From the IMG/VR virus record IMGVR_UViG_3300045253_000025, positions 1 through 55,426 of that record: DNA of 55,426 bases; one strand, given 5' to 3'. A model generated the notes under the pieces. The model searched no databases and was not told the DNA's origin. It saw nothing but the letters and a program-made list of their open reading frames with translations. The translations under genes and the position numbers were made by a program. The DNA comes from a virus (taxonomy: Duplodnaviria > Caudoviricetes). Of the stretch, positions 1 to 8,796 are shown in pieces (position 1 is the first letter of the stretch; each line of letters opens with the position of its first letter).

Positions 1-127
1 TCCCTTCGGCTTGGCTAGCTCAATCAATTCAACGATCCGGGGAGAGCAAGCTTTGGCTTCTTCCTTCGATGGCTCCCGAACGGTACGAGCTTGCAGATCG
101 AGCCAGGGAGCGCAAGCCAGGATGTTC
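1..127. repeat. Terminal direct repeat copy 1 (circular-assembly overlap)
   Basis: 1-127 is identical to 55300-55426 and lies inside a CDS that reads through the junction. Confidence 0.95.
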
Positions 128-483
128 GAGAGAAGATACTTGTACTTGGATGCTACCGGCTTCCGAGGAATGATAACCCGGAGTGGGCTAGACTCAATCC
201 GCATCGGGCTAGACTCAATCAGCAGCCGATCCATTAGCTTCCCGGCTGGTCCAATCATAACCTCCCCTAAAGCGTCCTCACTCGATCCGGGAGCCTCTGC
301 AATGTACAGCACATCACAGGGGATATCCCCTCTCGCTAAGACGTGATTCGAGGCAGTCGCGTTTAATGGGCAGCGGGCGCAATAGAGCCACTCCTTGACG
401 TGAGCCGCCCAGCGATCTGCAACCGCTCGACCACCTGAGACGCGGACGATTGGGAACAGAGCGTTGATAGTATCGGTTTTCAT
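1..483 (-). CDS. udg: Uracil-DNA glycosylase family 4, N-terminal part (continues across the junction into 55299-55126)
   Basis: Manual translation from ATG 483: ...CARCPLNATASNHVLARGDIPCDVLYIAEAPGSSEDALGEVMIGPAGKLMD..., with the Fe-S Cys pair and EAPG..ED motif of family-4 UDG. Confidence 0.85.
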   Translation of the reverse strand, partial: MKTDTINALFPIVRVSGGRAVADRWAAHVKEWLYCARCPLNATASNHVLARGDIPCDVLYIAEAPGSSEDALGEVMIGPAGKLMDRLLIESSPMRIESSPLRVIIPRKPVASKYKYLLSNILACAPWLDLQARTVREPSKEEAKACSPRIVELIELAKPKG

Positions 484-484
484 C

Positions 485-1099
485 TCAGATTTTTGGGGGT
501 TTAGGGAAATGTTTTCTAACGATATCCGCACATTGAGCATACGTTGATTCTCTGGCGGCATAGGCGGCATCGGCGGCATAGGCGGCATAGGCGGCAACGG
601 CGGCATCGGCGGCAACGGCGGCATCGGCGGCATAGGCGGCAACGGCGGCATAGGCGGCATAGGCGGCAACGGCGGCATCGGCGGCATAGGCGGCAACGGC
701 GGCATAGGCGGCATAGGCGGCATCGGCGGCAGCGGCGGCAGCGGCGGCAGCGGATCGAGCCTCCTTCAATTCTTCAATCGTTGCCTTGCCATTTGCCCAT
801 CGCTCTGAAGTCTCAATGCAATCCCTTACTCGTCTGTCGTTTGGATATCGTTTCTCATAGATCGGTAGAGCAAGCCTTGCGCACTCACAAGCACAAAGGA
901 CTAACTTTTTCCTTCCGTCGCTTTCAGGTTCTCCCGCCAGTTTCCCCAAAATCCAAAGCATCCAATCCCCTCGCTTACAATTCTTCCATGCGGAAGCAGC
1001 GGAGCGTTGCGTATCGAGCCATTCAAGAGGCTCGTCACAAGGTTGGAACTTTCGGACTCGATTCGACAGCTTCATCTTCGTTTTTTCTTTTGCAGCCAT
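485..1099 (-). CDS. Ala-rich phage hypothetical protein
   Basis: 204-aa ORF with W..C.RGDWMLW block and AAY/AAD/AAV repeats. Confidence 0.7.
   Translation of the reverse strand: MAAKEKTKMKLSNRVRKFQPCDEPLEWLDTQRSAASAWKNCKRGDWMLWILGKLAGEPESDGRKKLVLCACECARLALPIYEKRYPNDRRVRDCIETSERWANGKATIEELKEARSAAAAAAAAADAAYAAYAAVAAYAADAAVAAYAAYAAVAAYAADAAVAADAAVAAYAAYAADAAYAARESTYAQCADIVRKHFPKPPKI
555..751. repeat. Tandem 9-nt units GGCGGCA(TA/TC/AC/GC) encoding Ala-Ala-X
   Basis: Directly visible; in frame within 485..1099. Confidence 0.9.
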
Positions 1100-1257
1100 C
1101 TCAACATCTCCTTAGATTTCTTCTTCCGGCAGGATTGACAATATATCTTTGACTCTCCGTCACGCTTCTTCCCGCAACGGATGCAGCAACCAGATTTCTT
1201 CCGTCTCGCCTGATAGGCGAGCGAAGCGCGGATATGGGATTGCTGCATCCGTTTCAT
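1072..1257 (-). CDS. Small Zn-finger protein
   Basis: CIRC...CQSC, basic. Confidence 0.55.
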   Translation of the reverse strand: MKRMQQSHIRASLAYQARRKKSGCCIRCGKKRDGESKIYCQSCRKKKSKEMLRWLQKKKRR

Positions 1258-1260
1258 AAT

Positions 1261-2169
1261 TCAGGATTTCCCGTTAGAAAGAAAAGAAGCTACATCCTCC
1301 CAACGATTAGACGCTTCGCTGAGCAATTCCCGATGAGTTTCCTCCTCTAAAACAGCATCACCCCATTCATCCTCATCTCGAAGATGTTTAATCGCGTTCT
1401 CAATAATTCCGGCGAGTGTTGTAGGATCGAGAGCATCTAGTTCCCAACTCTCATCGCCGTATTCAGCGATATAACCGGCATACCGGCTATCAGTGGTCTT
1501 TGCCGGGTTTGGAGGAGGCGAGTATTCCTCAACCTGATCCATATTGAGAGCAAGACGATCAACTTTCAGGGTAAGACCGAAGATCGCTAACCGATCTCGA
1601 ATATCTCTAGTCATGTCAATCCCGCTAGGATCATGGTCTCCGAAGTGGAGAATGATCGGCGTTTGACCAGCTTTTTTATATCGAAGAAGACGTTGAGCGG
1701 CAGACCACATCTCCGACTGACTCGTATATCCACGACAAGAAAAGTAAGAGACATCGAGCGGAGTACAAGCCCTTTCAATGACATTTCGTAAAGCATCCTT
1801 CTCAACCCAGACTTCAGGTCTATAAGTTTGACCGGCCCATTTGTCGATACGAAACTGACGCGCACATGTTCCAACAATGTCCGATGGATCATCCCAATGA
1901 GCAACGCTTCGTAACTCTCGTGTCAAATCGCTAATCCGGTCCCAATCAATCAGACCGGCAAGGCGAGCATCATTCACTACAGAACCGAGTCGCTTATACT
2001 CGGCTTGCTTGTTAGCAATAATGTCACGTGAGACCATCTGATAGTACAATTGGCGGAGAGTTAACTCGTACCCCATCTCCTCGTACTCGTTAATGATCTC
2101 GTTAGCTTTGTCGATCAAGCCTTGAGATATAGCAGAGAAAGAGCGAGGAACATAACAGATTTTTGGCAT
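1261..2169 (-). CDS. wHTH + TOPRIM protein (topoisomerase VI A/JetD-like fold)
   Basis: TLRQLYY, WVEKDAL, RGY.S and GDHDPSG motifs. Confidence 0.7.
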   Translation of the reverse strand: MPKICYVPRSFSAISQGLIDKANEIINEYEEMGYELTLRQLYYQMVSRDIIANKQAEYKRLGSVVNDARLAGLIDWDRISDLTRELRSVAHWDDPSDIVGTCARQFRIDKWAGQTYRPEVWVEKDALRNVIERACTPLDVSYFSCRGYTSQSEMWSAAQRLLRYKKAGQTPIILHFGDHDPSGIDMTRDIRDRLAIFGLTLKVDRLALNMDQVEEYSPPPNPAKTTDSRYAGYIAEYGDESWELDALDPTTLAGIIENAIKHLRDEDEWGDAVLEEETHRELLSEASNRWEDVASFLSNGKS

Positions 2170-2173
2170 CTCG

Positions 2174-2485
2174 TTACCTCGCTACGATCTTGACGGTCGT
2201 CTGTTCCGTCTTAGTGGTATTAGAATTGATTAAACGGGAAAGGGTCGGGGTCATTTTCTGAGAAGAAACAACACACTTCCAATCCGTGCGATCGACCTCG
2301 AACTTCGAGACCGTTGCTCGGAACAAATCACCTTCGACTTCAGATTCGCCGGAATCGGCTAACTCGTCGCGGAGAGCCGTCTCCTTCGCTTTGAGATCAG
2401 CGATCTGAGCTTTGACATCGCCAAGCTGATCGACGATCTCGGACAGAGGACGGACGGGCTTTCTGATCTTGAGGGTTGCGGACAT
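2174..2485 (-). CDS. Coiled-coil phage hypothetical protein
   Basis: 103-aa ORF with SD-like AGGAG upstream. Confidence 0.7.
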   Translation of the reverse strand: MSATLKIRKPVRPLSEIVDQLGDVKAQIADLKAKETALRDELADSGESEVEGDLFRATVSKFEVDRTDWKCVVSSQKMTPTLSRLINSNTTKTEQTTVKIVAR

Positions 2486-2515
2486 CTCTTTTCTCCTTGA
2501 ATGAAACGGGTGTAA

Positions 2516-2707
2516 CTAATTGACCTCTGCTTCACGAACAGACTCAAGCCTTTCGTTCAAACAGTTACAGATATGGCAAGCGATATCAGAGTATCGCGTT
2601 TCGGCATAGGTCAAATCGTCATCGCCTTTAATGGCGAAAATCACGATTGCCATACCGAGAGAATTTCGAACGAACTCCTCGCAAACCCGAAATTGTTTTA
2701 CGTTCAT
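2516..2707 (-). CDS. Hypothetical protein, first gene after the leftward promoter
   Basis: SD AAGGAG upstream. Confidence 0.55.
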   Translation of the reverse strand: MNVKQFRVCEEFVRNSLGMAIVIFAIKGDDDLTYAETRYSDIACHICNCLNERLESVREAEVN

Positions 2708-2749
2708 CTCATCATCTCCTTGCTTGGGTGTTTGGTCCTGACACTCATC

Positions 2750-2778
2750 AATATATGTCGGTTCAATACGGGTGTCAA
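2750..2778 (-). promoter_or_regulatory. Sigma70-type leftward promoter
   Basis: TTGACA-17 bp-TATATT on the minus strand. Confidence 0.75.
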
Positions 2779-2801
2779 GGTCAATAATCTAGAAGTCTCA
2801 A

Positions 2802-2832
2802 AATAATTCTTCTCATAGAACTCATGGGGGTA
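2802..2832 (+). promoter_or_regulatory. Motif A copy (AATAATTCTTCTCA..AACTCA..GGGG); other copies near 5757, 15642, 21805, 23376, 29805, 29927, 39188, 45883, 49577
   Basis: Ten similar 25-30-bp copies at gene boundaries, in both orientations. Confidence 0.8.
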
Positions 2833-2839
2833 CGGGGGC

Positions 2840-2868
2840 TAGCCTGTTTTGAGACTTTCAGCCATAAT
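2840..2868 (+). promoter_or_regulatory. Rightward promoter with motif C (TTTTGAGACTT) in its spacer
   Basis: TAGCCT-17 bp-CATAAT; ATG begins 6 nt after the -10 box. Confidence 0.55.
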
Positions 2869-2874
2869 ACCCCC

Positions 2875-3273
2875 ATGCCAGCCAAAGGCCAAAAGATGCG
2901 TAATCCCCGGCCTCCCTACCGGATTATCGCTAAGAGCCGGGGAGTCTCGATACGGGGCGGGGTTTGCGCCTATGTCGCTAATCTCTTAGAGGCTAACGAG
3001 ACCCTTCCCAGGCGGCGGAAGCTGACCGACAAGCGGCTGGAGGCTCTGATTAAGGTCGAATACCCGGAAGCCAGATCAGTGAAGCGATTGCTCAAAGGGG
3101 AGATCACGATCGGCTACTGGCGAGCGTTGTATAACTCCGGCTTGCTCTCTAAAGACCTCGTGACCGGGAAATATCAGAAGCCGAAAGTCAGAAGCCGACA
3201 GTACGATCAGAAGGGAAGGATTCTCAATCCTTGGAATGGAAAACCGTATGACGATCAAAATCAGAGCGGCTAA
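2875..3273 (+). CDS. Basic hypothetical protein, candidate transcriptional regulator (leaderless)
   Basis: 132-aa basic ORF, divergent from the leftward operon, no SD; regulator role is inferred from position. Confidence 0.5.
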   Translation: MPAKGQKMRNPRPPYRIIAKSRGVSIRGGVCAYVANLLEANETLPRRRKLTDKRLEALIKVEYPEARSVKRLLKGEITIGYWRALYNSGLLSKDLVTGKYQKPKVRSRQYDQKGRILNPWNGKPYDDQNQSG

Positions 3274-3646
3274 GCGAAGGAAACCTGCGGTTTCTCTGGA
3301 AGAAAAATTCCTGAAGGCTTGGAGGAGCCAAGATAACTGGCTGGCTCCGATGCGGGAATACCGATTCGACGAAGATCGAAAATGGAGATTCGATTTTGCT
3401 TGGATCATTCCACAAAGAGATTCCAACGGAAATATCGTCAGGGCAGATATTCAAGTCGCGGTTGAGATCGAAGGCGGAGTCTTTCGACGCGGAAGGCATA
3501 CTCGCGGGAAGGGATTCTCGAATGATTGCGACAAGTATAATGCTGCGGTTTCCCAAGGATGGAGAATCTTGAGATACACCGACAAGCACCTGACGAAGAA
3601 GCGGATCAAGGAGACGATCCGGCAAGTGGCTTGGCTCTTGTCTTAG
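3236..3646 (+). CDS. PD-(D/E)XK endonuclease (DUF559/Vsr-like)
   Basis: EYRF..RKWRFDFAW, VAVEIEGG, RH.RG.GF..DC.KYN.A...GW.ILRY. Confidence 0.8.
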   Translation: MENRMTIKIRAAKRRKPAVSLEEKFLKAWRSQDNWLAPMREYRFDEDRKWRFDFAWIIPQRDSNGNIVRADIQVAVEIEGGVFRRGRHTRGKGFSNDCDKYNAAVSQGWRILRYTDKHLTKKRIKETIRQVAWLLS

Positions 3647-5751
3647 TCCAGAGCGATAATCATCACCTGACATTGCCCAGAGACGTTCGCGTTGACGGCA
3701 CTGGTATTTCCTAATGCTAGAGCAATCTCATCTCCAGCATAGAGAGCGATCCGGTACATCGAGGTTACATGGAAGTGCATGTTTGTCATCGTAACTTGAG
3801 TGACCGTGATCGTCTCCGCTCCTTGAGCGCCCGCGACGGAGAAGGTTCCGCCAGAAGGATATTTGACGAGGTTGATATTATTAGGCCATACCGTTCCATC
3901 CATTCCGCCAGAGTCATTACTTCCCGTTCCTGCAACCGAAGTGGACTTCCAGGAATCTCCTGAGCGTTTACAGACGATATCGAAGTTGACGAGGATCGGT
4001 CCCGTAAGAGTGTCGGCTCCTCCAGCGTGTGACAGAGAAGCAGCCGCCCAGATCAGATAATTGCCGGGAGAGCGGACGATGAACGACCCTCCGGAATCTG
4101 GATTGCCGGAGTCGTTGTAATCCAGATCGACCATGAACGCGACAGCCGAAGCGAAGTTGAAGTAGGAGATCGGATCGCTGCTCGTCATATCACATTCGTA
4201 TCCTGCATGGAACGTACTGAACCGCTGCACGTCGAGCGTCGTCGCAAAGATCGTTGGGAAGTCCGCATCCGAGTCGTCGATCCCTCCCAATAGAACAAAC
4301 CCACTCGTAGCCGTTACATCTCCAGCCGTTCCGGTTGCATAGGACTTGATTAGCTGCCAGCTACCGTAGCTCGGTCCCCAGACATCCATTGCAGCGGGAG
4401 TAGGGAAACCGGGATCATAAGCAGCGCGGCAGGGGAACTCCGTTGAGCAGTAACCGATGGCGTTCTGAGCAACCTCGTCACCCTTATTGAAGTAATAAAC
4501 TTGTCCAGTACGAGAGCCACGAGCAAGACCCGTATCGGAGCTACGAGTCGTTCGACGACCGAGAAGATAATCCCCATCCCCATCCGTATCAGAGCCGTAG
4601 ATTTCAATGCAGCCGTAGGGGATACAAGTCGATGCCGACGTATTCTTCCATCGGGTCGGAGGAGCAGCTTGCGGAGGACGATATGGAGGACGAGAGACAG
4701 GGAACTGACGAGCCTCGAAGAACTCCGTCGAAGGACCAGCGGCATCTCCATAATCCCGCCATGTGACGGAATGGATTCCCGTACCGGGAAGGATCGTCTT
4801 GGGGAAGCCGCGATACAGACGGCGGGTCGTCTTGGAACATTCTTGCAGGCGAATAGCAGCTAGAGCGGAGAGTTGCGTAGCTCGATCTGCAATATTAGTC
4901 GATGTACCGGGGTACTCCAGATTCTCCCAGATCGTGAAGTAGGTTCCTGCTACGGCTCCTGATAGGCCGGAGGAAGTCGAGACGGAATGATAATCCTGAT
5001 AGCCTTTGGTGTAGGAATCCGTGATTGGGAAATTGATGATGATCTTCTCCGGCAGATTTCCGGCACTGGCGGAGGAAGGAGCGTAGGAGGAGATGAAACG
5101 GGAATTGAGAGCGGAGAAGTCGATCGCTCCATACTCGACGATCGAGAAAGCATCCGTGATCGGATTGTAGACGAGCGTACATTCCAGTAGCTCCAGGATG
5201 TCGTTGTAGGCTTCCCAAGCCGTTCGATCTCCGAGATAGACGATGGGAGGAGTCCCGGTCGGAGTGTAAGGCAGGGCTGGAGCGGAGATCAACGTCGGGA
5301 AGGTAGACCAGAGATCGGAGAGGACTCCTCCGTAAGTCGTGGCTTGGTAGGGAGCGGTAATCGCCTTAGACATTATGAAGTTGACACGACGATCTGAGAC
5401 TTCAACCAGATACGGGCAGTTGTCGGAAGGGGTATCAGGATCGTTGGCGTAGAGAGCCGTGATCGAACATACGATCAAACGAGTCAAGATCGTTGTATCG
5501 TTGTTGACCGGCTTATCGGCAACAATCTTGAACGAAGCTGAGACGTTTGAAGAATCCGCCAGCGTTACCGCATCGGATTTTCTGAGAAGAAAATACCCCT
5601 TACCCGGTTCTCGTCCACGAGTCAGACAGAAGGAGTTCGCCTTCCCGAACCAGTGAGCCGTCTGCCAGCCTTTGCGAGTCGCTTCCTTCCATAAGTTAGC
5701 GGCGTCGAGGCATTGCAGACCCCCCAAAGTAATGGAGACGATATTCGACAC
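3643..5751 (-). CDS. Putative tail tip/baseplate structural protein
   Basis: 702 aa, Ser/Thr/Gly beta-rich, last gene of the structural run; function inferred. Confidence 0.5.
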   Translation of the reverse strand: MSNIVSITLGGLQCLDAANLWKEATRKGWQTAHWFGKANSFCLTRGREPGKGYFLLRKSDAVTLADSSNVSASFKIVADKPVNNDTTILTRLIVCSITALYANDPDTPSDNCPYLVEVSDRRVNFIMSKAITAPYQATTYGGVLSDLWSTFPTLISAPALPYTPTGTPPIVYLGDRTAWEAYNDILELLECTLVYNPITDAFSIVEYGAIDFSALNSRFISSYAPSSASAGNLPEKIIINFPITDSYTKGYQDYHSVSTSSGLSGAVAGTYFTIWENLEYPGTSTNIADRATQLSALAAIRLQECSKTTRRLYRGFPKTILPGTGIHSVTWRDYGDAAGPSTEFFEARQFPVSRPPYRPPQAAPPTRWKNTSASTCIPYGCIEIYGSDTDGDGDYLLGRRTTRSSDTGLARGSRTGQVYYFNKGDEVAQNAIGYCSTEFPCRAAYDPGFPTPAAMDVWGPSYGSWQLIKSYATGTAGDVTATSGFVLLGGIDDSDADFPTIFATTLDVQRFSTFHAGYECDMTSSDPISYFNFASAVAFMVDLDYNDSGNPDSGGSFIVRSPGNYLIWAAASLSHAGGADTLTGPILVNFDIVCKRSGDSWKSTSVAGTGSNDSGGMDGTVWPNNINLVKYPSGGTFSVAGAQGAETITVTQVTMTNMHFHVTSMYRIALYAGDEIALALGNTSAVNANVSGQCQVMIIALD

Positions 5752-5781
5752 ATAGATACCCCTTGAGTTTTTTGAGAAGAA

Positions 5782-6051
5782 TTATTTAGAGTTAATTAAA
5801 TCTTTGAATCGTTCTTTCCCTTCTTCACTTTTGTAATAATCATCGACAGCCTGCTGGATTGCTTCCACTAGCTTTTCATCCTGCATGAAACCATTGAGTA
5901 ATAGGAAGCTACTAGCAACACGATGATCTTCTCCAAACCTCACATCAAAACCCCGAATTAGCATCACAAGTGATCCCTTCCAAGAACGACCGTAAAGGGT
6001 CGTCTCAAAGGGTCTCAACAGATTCATCCTATCCTCATAAGTCGCACTCAC
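5782..6051 (-). CDS. Hypothetical protein
   Basis: 89-aa ORF overlapping the upstream stop. Confidence 0.55.
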   Translation of the reverse strand: MSATYEDRMNLLRPFETTLYGRSWKGSLVMLIRGFDVRFGEDHRVASSFLLLNGFMQDEKLVEAIQQAVDDYYKSEEGKERFKDLINSK

Positions 6052-6338
6052 TTCAACCTCCTAGCGATGAACGCTAATTTCTTCTTGAGCGAGAGATTGG
6101 AGGATGGCCGGACTCCCGCTCTCGTCCCAGCCATCTGAATCGGTTTATGATCTCCGCCTACGATTTTGTGGTCATACCTCCAGCTAGCCAAATGCCTTAA
6201 TCGAAGCGGTAGAGCAGAGAATACTTTTGAGAGCGTAGGTTTCTTTTTGTGACGATGATCATAGATCGTGCGGACTCCCTTGAGTTCTGCAACTGCGCCC
6301 CACCTGCGAGACTTCGAGAATCGTTGGCGAAGGCTCAT
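6048..6338 (-). CDS. Small very basic protein without the N-terminal tag
   Basis: MSLRQRFSKSRRW..., ATGA-coupled to 6335..6553. Confidence 0.6.
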   Translation of the reverse strand: MSLRQRFSKSRRWGAVAELKGVRTIYDHRHKKKPTLSKVFSALPLRLRHLASWRYDHKIVGGDHKPIQMAGTRAGVRPSSNLSLKKKLAFIARRLK

Positions 6339-6553
6339 TTGGCTTTGACAATCTTGAGACTGGGTTTGAACTTGCTTCGCTTTGGCTTGAGCGTTTTTCG
6401 TCCGAGTAAATGCTCTCGGTAATTTTTTGCTCCGTAGAGTCCTCGCATCTGCTTCCATCCAGCGGCTTGAGATTTGACACTAGAACCCATATGTGTGTTG
6501 TAGTTCCGCTGCCCTTGAAGGATGCTATGAAGTTTGCGGGTTGAGTCTTTCAT
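6335..6553 (-). CDS. Small basic tagged-family protein (MKDSTRKLHSIL)
   Basis: 72 aa, degenerate tag. Confidence 0.7.
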   Translation of the reverse strand: MKDSTRKLHSILQGQRNYNTHMGSSVKSQAAGWKQMRGLYGAKNYREHLLGRKTLKPKRSKFKPSLKIVKAK

Positions 6554-6610
6554 CTTTCTTCTCCAGAAAAAACCCGGAGGGTTTCAATAAAGGTTCGGTC
6601 AAAGACCGCT

Positions 6611-6787
6611 TCAGTCGTAGTAATTCGTGAGAATCTGGCGATACTTTTTGCTACCGACTCGCTTCCGTTCTTCTCGTCGATATAAAGCGAGAGTTTTTCT
6701 TCCTGACTTCCCGGCAAAGGTAGTTCCATGCTTGGCTTGTCTTGTCAAGACGTGGAGTAGCTTATGAGTGTTCCGCTTGAGCGTCAT
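6611..6787 (-). CDS. Small basic tagged-family protein (MTLKRNTHKLLHVL)
   Basis: 58 aa by manual translation; ATGA overlap with the portal stop; degenerate tag. Confidence 0.65.
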   Translation of the reverse strand: MTLKRNTHKLLHVLTRQAKHGTTFAGKSGRKTLALYRREERKRVGSKKYRQILTNYYD

Positions 6788-8025
6788 GCGACTTTCCTTT
6801 TCAAACCGATTTGTAATGCTAGTTGTGATCCCGGTTCCGGCTCGTCTGCAACTAACGAAGGCTTCCCGTCCGAAGTCGGAGACATGGCCGGGGGAGCTTC
6901 GCTGGCAGGAATGTCCAAGAGCGAAAAGGGGATGATCTCGTATTGGTCGTCTCCGAAATTCATCTTTGAGCCGATCTTGAAAACGAACTTATCAGCATCT
7001 CCGATCAGCCGGTTGACTTCCTCCTGCAAGATCGAGAAGAAAGCTTCTTGAGCGATGGATCGCCCGTTACCGCCTCCCATCGGGCCTGTCGCTTCAGGAC
7101 GAGCCATCTCAGGCGGGATACCCATCCCCTTGAGTTCTTCGTCGGATAAGAGGTTGCCTAGCTCCATGAGGCTCTCAGGGATCGGCTGGACGGTCGGGGG
7201 GATGACTTCCCATTGACGAGTACCAGCAGCGTCGGTGGTATTGGGCATTGCCCAGCTACCCCCGGTCTTCATCTTATCCAGGATTTCCCGCATCATATCC
7301 TTTGCCTGTCTTATCTCATACTGGCCTGGACCGATCTCGACCTTCTGAGGACCAGGGGGATAATAGCCGCCTCCGCCCTGGAAAGCGTACTTATGGAAGA
7401 ACAGCCTACGGGCATCCCGGTAGCCACCGTCCGTCCAGGCTTCGAGCCAGGGAAGGTATGCCCCCTTCAATCGGCTCTCGCCGTACCAAGGATGGACTTC
7501 CCGGCTATGGACGTGCCAGAAGACTTTCGGAGTCAGGAGTTTGAGCTTAGCAACTCCCTGAGAGCCGTAGCCACGGTTATTACGGATATTCGCTCCGACC
7601 AGCATCCCGTTGACCGTCAGGGCGCGACAGTCAAGGAAGTGCAGGTACTTGAGATCGTCGAAGTCTACCGTCCCTTTGGTCTCGTCCATTTTCCAAAGGA
7701 TTTCACAGCAGGAAGCTCCCCATTCGAGAGCTTTTAATGCTCGGATGGAAGCGTTGCGCCAGAAGCGGGAGACGTTATCGACGAGCCATTGCTTGACCTC
7801 CGGCTGGTTGCATTTGATGTAGAAGCGGGACTTCGCCAAGATCGGGCCTTTGATGAGCCAGAGACCAAAGCGGATCGTCGGATCGGAGAGCATCTCGACG
7901 ATGGTACGGACGGTGAACAAGGGAGCGCGGCGATAGACCTCGTAGGGGTACAAGTAAGCAGCCGGGAGATAGTCACGAGTGACTGGCGGCTGATCGGCCT
8001 GGAAGGGGAGAAGGTTCTGATCCAT
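6784..8025 (-). CDS. Portal protein (Mu gp29/DUF935-like)
   Basis: ALEWGASCCEILW, HPWYGESRL...Y.PW, F..KYA pattern; 413 aa. Confidence 0.8.
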   Translation of the reverse strand: MDQNLLPFQADQPPVTRDYLPAAYLYPYEVYRRAPLFTVRTIVEMLSDPTIRFGLWLIKGPILAKSRFYIKCNQPEVKQWLVDNVSRFWRNASIRALKALEWGASCCEILWKMDETKGTVDFDDLKYLHFLDCRALTVNGMLVGANIRNNRGYGSQGVAKLKLLTPKVFWHVHSREVHPWYGESRLKGAYLPWLEAWTDGGYRDARRLFFHKYAFQGGGGYYPPGPQKVEIGPGQYEIRQAKDMMREILDKMKTGGSWAMPNTTDAAGTRQWEVIPPTVQPIPESLMELGNLLSDEELKGMGIPPEMARPEATGPMGGGNGRSIAQEAFFSILQEEVNRLIGDADKFVFKIGSKMNFGDDQYEIIPFSLLDIPASEAPPAMSPTSDGKPSLVADEPEPGSQLALQIGLKRKVA

Positions 8026-8027
8026 GA

Positions 8028-8264
8028 CTACAATCCAAATTTGTTGCTGAGACGCTGATACTCGGAGCCTGACGGAAGCGATTTGACTCCGCGTCCTCCG
8101 GTCATCGCTCGGCCTGTTCGGATACGAGCAGCAATCATCTTCCGGGTGTATGTCCCCTTCGGATTATTCATCAGCCTAGATGCTCGATTCCCTTTGAGAT
8201 TGAAATGCTCCTTCGCGTATTTCCGAGTTGCTGACTGAACTCGTTTGACGAGAGTCTTGCTCAT
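8028..8264 (-). CDS. Small very basic protein (tag weak or absent)
   Basis: 78 aa, R/K-rich, ATGA-coupled. Confidence 0.65.
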   Translation of the reverse strand: MSKTLVKRVQSATRKYAKEHFNLKGNRASRLMNNPKGTYTRKMIAARIRTGRAMTGGRGVKSLPSGSEYQRLSNKFGL

Positions 8265-8793
8265 TTGGTTTGCTTCGCTCTTAAAAATTCCGCAGCGATC
8301 CGATCCGCCTGATCTTCTGATTCACCGAGAACCAGCATCCTCATTTGCTTGTATTCTAGCTCGGACATCGAATTGATTGAACCGTGATAATAGCGGTGGG
8401 TTAAGCGGATTTGAGGAAGGGATTCCAGCAGCAGGAATTGCTCGATACGGGTTAGCTGGAAGGGGTTGAGTCCATACCAAAAACCGACTTCAAATAGGGA
8501 TCGAATTTTTTTTTAAAGTAGTCGTAGGCGGAGTCGATAGTGAGGATGAACTGCCAAATTTGGGAGACGGATAGATCGACTCCCCCATAGCCGACTTTGA
8601 GCCACTCGTGAGTCTTGGCGGCTCGCTCGACTCGATCTTCTGTCTCCTTATAGAGGCGGTCGAGGAATAGACGGGCTTCGATGACATCGACTGTGATCGG
8701 TTCTTTGCCTTCTCCCAGACCGAACTCGATTAGCATTTCGGGGATCGAGACGGAGAATTTTTCAGGAGCAAGCGTGCTAGCGTTATCAGGCAT
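8261..8793 (-). CDS. Tail assembly chaperone G (8452..8793) with -1 frameshift extension GT to 8261
   Basis: TTT AAA AAA AAA slippery run at 8506-8517; the -1 frame is open (KIRSLFEVGFWYGLNPF...RAKQTK) and ends at the next start codon. Confidence 0.75.
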
Positions 8794-8796
8794 GAT

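Noticed and set aside
555-751. Tandem repeats as a CRISPR array or DGR element
   Set aside because: They are 9-nt coding units with no spacers, and no cas or reverse transcriptase gene was seen.
544-1152. Arg/His-rich plus-strand ORF as a protamine-like protein
   Set aside because: It is the antisense shadow of the Ala-Ala-X repeat in 485..1099.
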